From: Tricharina praecox
Lineage: Eukaryota
Reading direction: 5' to 3'
Assembly: GCF_024521635.1 (NCBI RefSeq)
Contig: NW_026250420.1
Coordinates: 496,001-560,000 of the forward strand
DNA: 64,000 bases
Below are positions 49,670 through 61,849 of the stretch, one piece after another (position 1 is the stretch's first letter; the number at the start of each line of letters is the position of its first letter). Position numbers and translations under genes: made by a program. The notes below the pieces were generated by a model. The model was not told where the DNA came from. It searched no databases and saw nothing but the letters and a program-made list of their open reading frames with translations.

Positions 49670-52064
49670 TTACATGAATTGAGCCCTCGTGGTCTTCTCA
49701 TACTGCTCAATTAAGATACTAGCGAGCAGGCATGGTATGCTCTGTCGCGCCATCCAAAAGGAGCACTGGTTACGGATCTCTTTGTGGAACATGCTGTCTG
49801 GTCCACCAGCGACTTTCATTGTTCCTGTAATCAGATGGTTAGCCCACTTGCGTCCAGATAGGCGAGTGAGACGGCGGAACAAACCTTTTTCTCCGTCAAA
49901 CTCGATGCTCTGACTTTCGTCACCGAACATATGCGTGACACGGACCCGTCCGTTCTGCATGAAATCGAGCTTCCACCCCAGGAGCGAGAACACGGCCTCC
50001 CGGAATTCAAGAGATTTGGCCGACCAAATCTCCTTTAGTCGCATCATTCGCTTTTCTTTTTCGGCGACGACTTTCTCCATGGCCTTGATTTCGGCCCGGA
50101 CGTTCTCGAGGGTGGCCCGAGGGACCATGCGGACTTCTTCGCCTCGGCCTTCTATTTGTGCGAGTAGAGCGGCATTCTCCTCCTGCAAGGCTTTGAGCTG
50201 GGAGACCTTGACTGCTTGCTCTCGTGCAGTAGGATTGTCCTTTAGCTGTAGGATCCTGATGGAAGTGCCTTCCATCGAGGTAATGCGGAAATGCAACGCC
50301 TCAATCTCGGCGTTTAGAACAGTTTCCTTGCGCTGTAATTGCATGATATCTGTATGTAAAGTCAGCACATGATCTTCCAAGTTCAGTCAAGATCACGCAT
50401 TACCATTCTGCAATTGCCTGTTCCGGCGGTTGAGCTCCCCTAGCCGTTCGTCGCTGGCAGTGTCCTCGAGGGCCCTCTTTCTGCTATTTTGAGCTTCGTT
50501 GCTGGTGCTAGACGCGGCGGCGGCGCTGGCGGCGGTCTTCAGTTCGTCGATCTCCGTCTTGTACGCTTCGAGAAGGGTTTCCAATTCCTGGATTCTTGCC
50601 GTTTTCTGCTCGTCAAAGTTGCCTTGGTTGTGAATGGCTTCTTCCGTGGAGAACGACTTGAGCTGTTCCCGCAGAAACTGCGCCTCCTTGAGCGCCAACG
50701 CTTTCTGTCTCTCCATCCGCTGTCGTGCCTTGGAATCCTTTGATGCCGTCTCTTTCAACTTCTCCAACTCTTCGCGGAGCAAACGGACCTCTCCCTCCAT
50801 TTCCTGGATGATTTGATCTTTCTCGAGCAATTCCGGCTCCAGGCGCCCAGCCTTCTCCGTGAGGCCGATCCTCTCGACCCTCTCCTCGATTAACGCCCTC
50901 GCAAGGCTCTCCGGAGAATCGAACTCTAGTCCTTCGCGCTGGAAGTAGCTCTCCCAAGCGTTCCGTTCGTCCTGCAGAACCGATATCCGTACTTGCGCCG
51001 CCGACAGCTCCTCCCGGATCTCATTCAACATCTTCAACTTCCCCTCTAGCGTCCGTTTCTCCTCTTCTACCAGCTCCAGCGACCGACTCGACTCCCGTAG
51101 GGACTTCAACTCCAACAGTTGCCTTCGATTAGTCGATTCCAGGGTCTTAATATGGTTAACCTGTTCTGCTAGCTCCTTCTTGAGGACCTTCAGCGTCCCC
51201 AGGTCCCCAGTCTGCGCCTTAGCACTAAGCAATTCAATCTCCAACTCCTGCGCTTCCCCATCCTTCCCTTCCAACTTCCGCTGGACCTCCTCGATCGTCC
51301 GGTCCTTGATGTGCACCTCCTCCTTGAGCTCCTGGTTTGCGCGACTGAGTGCATTGCTTCTCGTTTCGTACTCATCGATTTGCCGCTTATACTGCCGTTC
51401 CTGCGACGAGAGATCCTCCTCTTTGTCCCGCACCGCCTCCCGTAGCTCGGCGCTCTCGGCCCGAAGTTGTCGCACCTGTCGCTCCAGCCCACGCTTCGCC
51501 TCCGCGGCTTCGGCGCGCATCTCCTGAAGCTTCTCGCCGAGATCTTTCTGCTTCTCGAACAAAAACCGTTTGTCCGATTCCAGCGTCTACCACCACACAC
51601 ACACACACATCAGTCTACCCTACCCGACACAAACGAACAAACATGAACCCCCCCCCCCAACTCACATCAGCCCGCTTCGCATGTTCCTCCGCGACAGCCT
51701 CAAGAGCCCTGCACTCCTGCTCGTGTCTAATCTTTTCCAGCGATCGCTCTTCCTTCAACATCTGTAGCTCGTACCGCACCGAGTTGAGATCGCCGCGTAT
51801 GACCTCATTCGAAATGTCGACCCTCACTTTCCTCTGAGCCGAGACGGGGGTAACCGAAGGCGGGGGAGAGGGCGTCGCGGGTCCTCCTGCATCGCCGGAA
51901 AGGAAGTCGTAGGTCGGCTGCAAGGGTTGGCGAATCGGTGGGTTGTTCGGGAAGAGTTGGCGCTTGGTGACGGGAGAGCTGAATATATTATTGCTGGACG
52001 TATTTTTGGGGGTGCCGCGTTTGGTGGTGCTGCCTCGCGGCCGGTTTTCGAACGGCGAATTCAT
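49670..52064 (-). CDS. MAD1: Spindle assembly checkpoint protein Mad1
   Basis: Long coiled coil; RILQLKDNP (Mad2-binding motif); RLKE motif in EKRMMRLKEIWSAKSLEFREAVFSLLGWKLDF; C-terminal SIPCLLA; start ATG inferred at 52064. Confidence 0.92.
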
Positions 52065-52418
52065 GCTGCGTGTGTTGTGATGTCGGGGTTTGGGGGGACG
52101 CGCTGGGGTGGTGTCGGTGCTGGTGTTGGTTGCTGGAGTGAGGAGTGCCAAGGCACTAGTTAAGCTGATTCGCGAGCGAGCTCACAAAATACCTTGGAAT
52201 ACAAGACGGCGACAAAACACCTGGAGAAGCTGAGGAATTCAACAGACTCAATCTTCATCATTCGCAATAGTCTACGACTCCGATCCACTCAAAATAAAGA
52301 TTATAAGAAATGCACCAAGATATCCCCTCCAATCAATCCTTATGATCATCACCACCACCACTATAGTACCTATTCTAGTGCATCAAAGAAACAAAACAAA
52401 CGCTTTTACCATAACACA

Positions 52419-55400
52419 TTATAAGCCTCCGACCATCACATCAAAACTTCCCGTTCCAACACCCGATATCTTGCCCATAACAATCCGAGAACTAGGTGAC
52501 GTGAGATCGTCGAAATCACCTTCCAGGGTAGCGTCCTTGAGGAATTGACATGTTGTCTCGAAACTCATCTTCATCAACGGCGACACACTAGACTTCATTC
52601 CTTGTCGGTTGAAAGGTGCGTAACCACCGCCACGAGTCATGATGTCAGCGATGAGGTTCAAATGGCGAATATCGACGGAGATACCGTGACCTCCGAAGAC
52701 GGCGTCCATCTCCTTGACAATGTTGCTCCGACAAGCTTCAACACCGAAGGTTCTCAGAACACAAGCAATGTCGTTGGTCTCGATCGTGTTGAGGTCGATT
52801 GTGTCTGCCTCCTCCCAGATAGCCCGGAAGTTGACACCGTCAACAGCCAACTTGCGCTATTGCACGTATTAGCAAGAATCCAGTAGTCAAACAGAGGAAA
52901 GGTGCATACCTTTCCGGCGGCTTGCTCTTCTTTGGACAAGTCAGATGCAGGCACCTTCGCAACGGAAGCGATACCAGGGAGTTGACGGATAACAGTGTCT
53001 CTGCAGACCTTCTCGACAATACCCAACATCAACACCTTCGGTGCCTCTGCAGGGTACTCCATCTTGATCTCGCACCACTCTCCGGCCGAGTCGAACTCGA
53101 AGTGCCGAACAGTGTCGCTGTCGACGCTCTCCTTCATGGAAGTACGAGGCTCATCCTGGCTAGCAGCGGTGGCGGTTACCCCATTCATGTCACCCAGTCC
53201 CTCGTCTTCGTCGCTCGACGGGGCCTCCTCGTCAACCAGACGAGCGATCTCCTCCTCACCAGCATCGGGTTTCTCGTAACTGGTAGACTCCAGCTTCTGA
53301 CCACGACGCTTTGCGCTCGTAGCATCACCCTCGTCATCGTCATCACTGTCCTCGTCCTCATCACGATCACCGCCTTGGGTCTCCCGCGGGGCCTGTGCCT
53401 CCTCACTAGGTCCAGAACTTTCACCAACTTCCGGCATGGCATCGTCCTTACCAACCAGGGCCTTGCTCTTCGCACGTTTAGGATCCAACGCCTTGGCGAT
53501 AGCGGTATCAAGAGCCTTGAGGAACTTGTTCTTCAACACGGAATGCACCTGCTTCTTGCTGACAGAGTACTCCTCGGCGTATTCGTCGGCGGGGAAAAGG
53601 TTCAGTCTGATCATGTATGTCTTAGACTTGGTGGTAACGGTTTCCGTGACGCTGACATCATCGATCAGTTCAGCCAGGACCAATCTGTTGCAGCGTTTCG
53701 CGAAGAGCTCGGCTTCCGAATCCGAGACTTCTGGTCGGAGGGTGAGCGTCATCGCCGGTGTACCGATGTTGGCACTGGCTGTCATGACGATTTCACGAAG
53801 ACGTGGAATACCCAGTGTGACGTTCTTCGTGGCGTGACCAGCCAAATGGAAAGTGTTCAGTGTCATCTGGGTGGATGGTTCACCGATGGATTGACCGGCA
53901 ACGATACCAACTGCCTCACCAGGATCGATCATGGAGCGGAGATATTTGAGGTCCATGAGGGTTCTAAACTCCGATTTCGGCAGCGTATCGATCAGATCCC
54001 TACCAGCCATCGACACTTCCTTCTTGTTCAGGATCTGGTCGGGGTTCTTCTCGATATACGCTTCTCTGCTTTCGTAGAACTTCTCGGACACACTACCCAG
54101 GTACCGCGCGGGGTTCAATTCCGACATGGTGACTTCCGACGCGCCGAGATCCTTCTTTTTGTTGTACTTCTTCAGGGCCTTCTTGACGCGGGTACTAGCC
54201 TTCTCCTCGTAGCGCAAAGCAACGGCGAGACGTTCTAGAGTACCTGAGAGGTTCGCATTCCGGTAGTCCTCAGTGGCTCGTCGCAGCAGCGAAGACATGT
54301 TTTGTGCGCAGAATTTGTACTGGTTCAGATGCCTCTGCTTGGCCACATCCAGCCCGTCTTCTCCGTAGAGGAACTGCATTCAATTAGACCAATGGAACCC
54401 GCAGACTGGAGGGATGGGGTCAAACCTGAACAAGAGATCCATCACTGTCGCGAACGGTGTTGTCATAGTTAACCATAATTCCCTCCATACCCTTGATAAG
54501 ACATCTCTGCAGATAACCGGATCTACTCGTCTTGACGGCTGTATCGATCAAACCTTCACGACCAGCCATACAATGGAAGTAGTACTCCTGTGGCCTGACA
54601 CCAGTCAAGAAACGATCTGTGATATATCCTCCCGCTCTCACATCGGTCTCATAGGGCTTGAAGCAAGGCAATGTCTTTCCAGAAACCATGACCGGAACAC
54701 GGCGACCCTCCAGAACCTGCTGTCCAAGCAAGCATGAAATCTGAGAGGCATTGACGTCGGAACCCTTGGCTCCAGACACAGTCATGGCCTGGAAACTGTT
54801 CCGCGGGAAGTCCTTCTCGAGGCCGTCCGGCAGACATTGACGAATAACACTGGAGGTGAAGTTCTTGGTCGAGGCATTGGCTTTAAGATCCAGGGTTCTA
54901 TGTTTGTTCTCGTCTCTTATGACTTCTTCCAACCTACCCTTGAGCTCTCTCTCCTTAAACTCGCCCTCCTTGAGCCCGACATACTCAACGGCTAACTCGC
55001 GACCCACAACATGCGACTGGTTGAGAGTATCGCGACGCTTTTTGTTGCCGTCGGGTGTCAAACGCAGATCGTCCATTCCACAAGTATGCGCACGCATGTG
55101 AAGCAACTTTGTGAGCAGTCTACCCAGAATACTGAGCAGACGACCAGCTGCAGCGGGGCCGTAGACCTCGTATACGGAATGGACGAAACCAAACTCGGTG
55201 GGACCAATCTGATTCTTGTCCAAGATTCCGCATGCCAGGTAACCCTTATGGAAGATGACTTCTCCTTCCTCGCAACCCTCAAACCATCGATCACCTGGAA
55301 CCTTAGCCTTCGAGAAGAGCGTCAGGCCATCGAAATGCTTGGGCTTGATGTTCTCGAGGATACTGGTGACAACCTGCTTTCCGGTCCAGAGAGACCTCGG

Positions 55401-57723
55401 CTTCATGACCGCCGGTGGAATGGTCTTGACACGCTGACTTGCTCCCTCCGGTCCGTTTCCTTGCTCGGGCAACAATCCTGAATAAAGCAGCTGTTGGTAT
55501 TCCTCCCGGGTGAAGAAGGTATCGCGGTTCGTGAGCCAAACAGCCATAACCAAATGGTCCTGAATCAAACCACGGAGGGGTTTTCCGGAGGTGCCGACCA
55601 GGTACTGCAGGTTCGTGCTAGCGATCTCCCGGGCCTCAGCCTGGGCAACCGCGTTCTGGGGAAGATGCATGTTCATCTCGTCTCCGTCGAAATCGGCGTT
55701 GTAGGTATTGCAGTTCGCGTAGTGCATGCGAATCGTGCGCTCCTTCTGCAAAACACGAGCTTTGTGACCCATAATAGACGGTTTGTGCAGCGTCGGTTGA
55801 CGGTTCATCAGAACATAGTCGTTATTCATCAGATGACGGAGCACCTTCTTCGGCCGGAGGTCCCCAATCAATGGATCCGGTGTTTGCAAGAGCTTAGCCA
55901 TATCGGCACGACGGTCCCTGTCGGCTTTCATTGTTCCTCCTGGCAGTTTCTGAATCGACCCGTTCTCCATCTCAATCGACACAGCTCCTGGCCATTGATC
56001 CGGTCCGTTGATGACGAATTCTTTGAGCTTGGCGTAGTTCTCATCGGTGACAGGTTCCGGGTAGGTGAGCTTCTGTGCGAAGACAAGCGGAACACCGATC
56101 TCACTCGTTTCAATCATAGGATCGGGAGAAATGACGGATCGCGCGGCAAAGTTGACACGCTTACCCATCATATTCTTTCTGAAAAGACCTTCCTTCTTCT
56201 CCAAAGCCTGTTTGATACCATTCTCCACATTACGAGAAGCCATTCCCTGCAAAGGGCTCTTGGAAGAGTCGATAAAGGTGTTCACATCCTCTTGCAAAGT
56301 AACAAGAGTCTGCATAAGCCTCTGCATCGAATTTGGCTTGTCGCCATGGTTGTTCTTATGGTCGCGGATGGCTAGGCAATCCTGGAGAATCTTGACCAGA
56401 CCCTTGTTGCTGGAATTCTCATTGATCTCTCCTCCAGCCGCCTGCGGTGGCCTGAAGCACGTCGGTGGAACCGGCAAGACGTGTAAAAAGAACATATCGG
56501 CCGAGACAGGTTTCGGGTCTTTCTGACTGATCGTTCGGGGTCGATAAAGTATCAGCGTAATCTCCTTCTCCTTCTCAAACAACCGCATCAAAGTATTGTG
56601 AACTTCTATATTCGTCAGAAGCTTTCCGGACTCGTTCCGAATCTCCACCTCCTCGGCCTCTTCCTCTTCGCTCCCTTCTTCCGACCCAGCCTCCTCGATA
56701 TCAATAGTGATTCCCTCATCGACCTGAGCAAGCTTTTGTTGGTCATTCTTCGTCTGTTTACCGGGAGGCTTCCGCCGGTCAAGCGCAGCATTCGCTCTTC
56801 GGAGTCCGAGCTGAGCGTTTGAGGCGCGCTGCTTGGCCTGCAGCGGCTTTTCGAAAATCTTGGAGAAACTGTCGGCGCGGAAGACGGGAGAGAACCTGCA
56901 CAACAGGTCAGCAAGTCGGGAGCATTGCCACAGAGAATCGCCTCCACTCACGCCTGACACCGTGTGCACTTCTTGACACCAGCCACAGTGCCCATGAAAT
57001 CTTTGACCACCTGACGTCTCGCCTCCGCGATGGCGTTGATCTTGGTGGCGCTTGAAACATCAGACTGCTTTCCCTTCCGGCTTATTGCCTTGTCCACAAA
57101 CTTCCGCCTGCGCGCAATGAAATTCTCCAAGTCGTCATCATCGTCACTGTCTATGTCATCGCCGGGGCCTTCCTCCGCGCCAGTGCCCTTCTTCTTCGCT
57201 TTCATGTGCAGGTTGTCCAGATCGGAAGCCTCTTCCAGCAGTCCATATTGAATCAGCCTAAGTTTGCAGGCGTAACGATCGACCTCGGCTTTCGACATCC
57301 GTAAGTTGAAACAATAGACGCAGGTCGCGCGCAACAACCGCAACATCTGGTCGAAGAAGGTTACATTGTAGACAGGAATCGGCAGAGAGATATGTCCCAT
57401 ATGTCCAGGACAGTACTGGTAATCTAAGTGGCATGTTGAGCATCTGCAAGTGGCGCAATTGTGAGGAACGAACGCGTATAATTGCAGCTTCCAGCCATAG
57501 AACGAGCTGAGGGAGCTTACCGTTGTCTCAGAGAGTCCGATGCGCCCAAAGCGGGATCATACAGACCGCCGGGGAGGGGAACCGGAGTTTTGCCAGCCTG
57601 TGTATTTGCGAAAGTGACCGGATTGACGATCTGCTTGACGGAGAGGGCGAGGACTTCTTCCGGCGACAGAAAGTTGAACTCCACACTGGTCACCTCCGAG
57701 GCGACAGGGCTGGTAACGTTCAT
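52419..57723 (-). CDS. RPA190: RNA polymerase I largest subunit (A190)
   Basis: [52 protein letters not shown] active site, [13 protein letters not shown], acidic expander region, [19 protein letters not shown]; no CTD heptads. Confidence 0.97.
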
Positions 57724-58091
57724 TGTGCCGTGTTCCCTTCAGCTCGTTCGCCGTTTCCTGGTTTGGTATGTGTTGATTGACAGGCCGGCTCTCAGCAGAC
57801 AGGCAAGCAGGAAGGGTTGTGGAGCGCAAGGTTGACGGTTTGGGTTTTGGGATATCGCGCCCTTCCCATCCCACCTTTTCAAAAAATTTACTCGAAGGCG
57901 CTAATGCTGAGAAAGTTAGACCAATTTCTGTCATGGATGTGCCAAACTCCTTGCAAGACTTGGCATTGAAGGTGAGCACCCAGCTCACAGCATGACAACC
58001 ATCACATCGACTCCTCACACCTCGCGCTACCGAAAGAGAGAGTGAGTGCTCTTCAACTCACACCTCGGCTCACTACAATCACCACCTATCA

Positions 58092-59954
58092 ATGGATCCA
58101 TCGCGCAAACGCCCCCTTGACGATGGAACCGTCAGTCCCGCGAAACGGCCCAAGGCTGGTGGGCCAGACCAAGAACGAATCCAAAAGATGATGGCCGAAG
58201 CACGCGCCAAAGCCGCAGCCCTAGCAGCGAAGTTGGGAGCCAACAAAGTCACCGCAGGCTCACCTACTCCCCCATTGGGTGGCTCTGCTGCGCAGACGGC
58301 GGCTGAACGTCTCGCTGCGATGAGATCGCGTGTCGCCAATGCTGTTTCCAGATCCACTGCTGCGAGTGTGGCTCCCCCGTCCCGACCAGTCTCGTCGACA
58401 CCGTCGTTCCGCCGCGACGAGTCTGAACATGATGATGGCAGTAAGGCACGCGGTGGATTGGACGTCGGCTTGCATCCTGCGTTGCTGGGCGATACGGCTG
58501 ATGCTGGGTCGTCACGGCGGGGCAAGAATGCGATGATGCCCAAGTTCGCGACTACTATGGCGAACCGGAGGGGGGATATTGGCCGGGGAGGAAAGCCGAA
58601 GAAACAGCTCGATCTCAGCGCGCCGCCTATTGACTTGATCGATCCGGCAAAGAACCCATACCACGACCCCAATATCGCGGCCAAGAGTCTTCAGCCTAGA
58701 AGAATCCCGAAGTCGCTTCACTTCAATCCAAAGGGAAAATACATCGAACAGGCCAATGCTCTGCGTAGACAGGAGGCGTTGGAGGAGATGAAGAAGAGAA
58801 TCGCTGCCGCAGCCAGGAAGGTCGGCATTGACGAGGACATGCATGCGGATAAGGCTTTCGCGGTTAGTCCCCCCTCCTGCTCCTTTTTCTGTCATCAAAG
58901 AATGTTTTATGCCAATATGCAGCCCGTCTTAGTCTCCTAGAATTGGCGTCGCGGCCATTTTACTCTGGGATTTCATGGGAACATGGTGTTTTGGAGTGAG
59001 AGTGCTGACTTCATGTCGTTATAGCCACAAGAACCCCCATCCATCGAATGGTGGGATCAGGGACTTACCCAGAACTCGACATATGAGGATATGGACATTG
59101 GTGCCTTGAAGGTCGACACGGAAGACTCTATAGTGACCATCTACATCCAGCATCCCATCCAGATCGAGCCACCTCAGGATAAACACATTCCGCCGCCGAA
59201 GCCGCTACCTCTCACCAAGAAGGAGCAGAAGAAAGTCCGCCGACAGCGACGTGCCGAGGAGTTGAAGGAGAAGCAAGCCAAGGTCCGCCTGGGACTCGAG
59301 CCTCCACCACCACCGAAGATCAAGAAGTCCAACATGATGCGCGTGCTGGGCGAAGAAGCCGTCAAGGATCCCACCGCCGTCGAAGCCCGCGTCAACAAAG
59401 AGATCCGCGAGCGTCTAGAGAATCACCTCAAGACCAACGAGGACCGCAAACTTACAAAGGAGCAACGACACGAAAAGCTGGCCATCAACCAAGAAAAAGA
59501 CCAGTCCAAGGGCATCCAATGTCTCGTCTTCCGCATTGAAACCCTCGCCAACGGAAAACACCGCTTCAAGATCAACAAGAACGCTGAACAACTCGGCCTC
59601 ACTGGCATCTGCATCTTCAGCCCCAAGTTCAATCTCGTCATCGTCGAGGGCGGCCCCTACGCTGTCAACAAATACAAGAAGTTGATGATGCAGCGTATCG
59701 ACTGGAAGGAGGAGGTTGAACCACAGGAGGGTGGCGAGGAAGCACCCACTGAACAGCTCACTCATGGCGCGGATATCCCCATGTTGCAAAATAGATGTAC
59801 TCTCGTCTGGGAGGGCGAGCTGAAACAGAAGGGATTTAGAAAGTTCTCTTCCGAGAGGTGTCCCACCGATGCTATGGCGAAGGAGAGGCTGGAGAGGGGT
59901 AGGATGGAGCATATGTGGACTGTGGCTAAGGGGGCGGTGCAGAAGGAGGAATAA
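58092..59954 (+). CDS. PRP3: U4/U6 snRNP protein Prp3
   Basis: RGGLDVGLHPALL, KGKYIEQANALRRQ, intron about 58863-59024, IEWWD, IYIQHP, LTKKEQKKVRRQRR, MMRVLGEEAVKDPT, VIVEGG. Confidence 0.95.
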
Positions 59955-60443
59955 TCCGGGGAAGGAGTAATCATTAGGAAGACATAGCATTGTGTTGATT
60001 CTTGTGTTGACGTATTTTGGATGAAAAGGAGCGTGTTTGTATCTCGTAGTGAAATGGTAACGTTTGATGTAAGGAATGTCGTTCAATGTGGATTACCTGG
60101 CAGTCTGGGTCCGTCCCAGCGTCGACATCCAACAGGCTGCATCTACATAAGCCGACGGGCTGCGGGCTGCGATCTGCAGAGTGGGGGCCTGTAGAGTGCA
60201 TTAGCACATTGCGGGGAGAACGTCATGGCGCCGTATCATCTAGCGGTGGCGCTACAGGTGTCCGCTTTTTGCACTCCGTACTGCGCCTAATCACAATATA
60301 TCACCTAGGTATCTTCAGTATTCAGTCCACAAAGCGCAGCGATTGAATCAATTCTCGCCCACGGATTCAAAACCGTAACGGACACTATCTCTCCACACAT
60401 CTATCTAGGTGGATCCAATTCCAAGTCTAAGTCCAAGTAAAAA

Positions 60444-61849
60444 TCAATCCGCACGAGCGCCATCAAAGAATCTATGATCCAGCGCCTACACTGTATGTCA
60501 GCCGTGCCTCAAAACTCGTGGTAAACGGGATATCACTCACATCCTTCGCGCTCAACCTATCACTACCCTGATACACCAGGAGGCTTCCCACCAAATCCCT
60601 TGCATCCGTACTCGCACACGGCAAAAGCTGTTCCCACTCCTGCTTCGGCCGCTGATGAAACATGATCTTCCCAAAATCCGGGAGCTCCCGCGACTCAGGC
60701 CAGCTGTGTGTATCCGGCGTGCCCAGTTTCTGGAAGATGCTCGCCACGAGCTGCAGTTCGCTGCCCAAATCTCCCGCATCGAAAAATGCCTCGTGCTCGG
60801 GGTGCAAACACTCCGCTATCACGCAGCCGAGCGCCCACATATCCACCCCCGTGCCGTAGCTGCGGTAGCCAAAGAGGAGCTCAGGCGCGCGGTACGAGGT
60901 CGTGCCCACATCGGTGATTTTGTCGTCGGCAGGCTCGCAGTCGGGATCGTCGGCGTGCCAGGCAATCCCCAGATCAGCGATTTTTGGGCCGCTGGTGGGG
61001 GAGGAGAAGAGGATGTTGCTCGGCTTGATGTCGCGGTGCAGGATGCCTAGGGAGTGCAGGTGTGCTACGCCGGTGAGGATGCCGTGGATTATGGAGGGTA
61101 GGCGGAGGGGCGTGATTAGGCGTTCGGAGAGTAGGGAGGCCAGGGTGCGTGGGAGAAAGGGGAGGACCATTACGAAGGTGGAGGGCGGGAGTGTGAATGT
61201 TTCGAGGACGGAGATGATATTGTCGTGGTCCGCGGCGAGGGCGAGGAGTCGGGCCTCGCGCTTTGCGTTATGGGGTGGCTGTGACATCGAGGTGACGGTC
61301 ACCTTGAGCGCTACGAGAGAGCGCTTGCTGCCCACCGTGGTCATCGTTGGCATGGCCTTGAAGATGGTTGAGAAGATCCCGGATTCGAATGGGACAGCCG
61401 TCTTGTATGGTCCGATGGTCTGGGTGGGCTCATCGGCGGGAAACTTGGTGAGACTATCGCTGTCATCCTCTGATTGTGGCCGTGCTGCGGCTTGCTGGAG
61501 CGAGAGGAGTCTGGCTTTCCAGAGGCGGATGTAGTCCTCCTGGAGATGTGGTGAGTGATAGCTCGTGCGACAGGGACCGGACAAACATACCTTCGTGGCG
61601 GCTGCAGCCATGCATCTAGACTCCTCCTGCTGGGCTCGCAACATTGCTTCCGGACGAAGAAGCTGTGCGTCGGCGGATTCCAGTGAAGCGGCACTAAATT
61701 AGGTGGACATCACACCATATTGTCAATATGCATAACATTCCACGGAAAGAAAACGGATAGGTGACAGCTAAAGTATGTACGCACATCTGGTCGACTACGG
61801 CCATTCGCTCGGAGAACCCAACGCTCTGCTGCCATGGTACGTCGCTCAT
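60444..61849 (-). CDS. CMGC kinase of the monomeric CDK-activating kinase (Csk1/Cak1) type with an N-terminal helical extension
   Basis: Exons 61849-61785, 61693-61591, 61539-60540 and a last exon ending 60444; VALK, PPHNAKRE, HRDIKPSN, DLGIAW, VGTTSYRAPELLFG, DMWALG; no canonical GxGxxG loop. Confidence 0.8.

Noticed and set aside
52922..56375. Long plus-strand ORFs (438 and 293 aa) antisense to RPA190, and similar shadow ORFs opposite chitin synthase, TES1 and PRP3
   Set aside because: Expected from codon bias on the antisense strand of GC-rich genes; no recognisable motifs.
58863..59024. Longer PRP3 intron with a GCCAAT/ATTGGC hairpin, considered as a snoRNA host
   Set aside because: No convincing C/D boxes or H/ACA two-hairpin layout.
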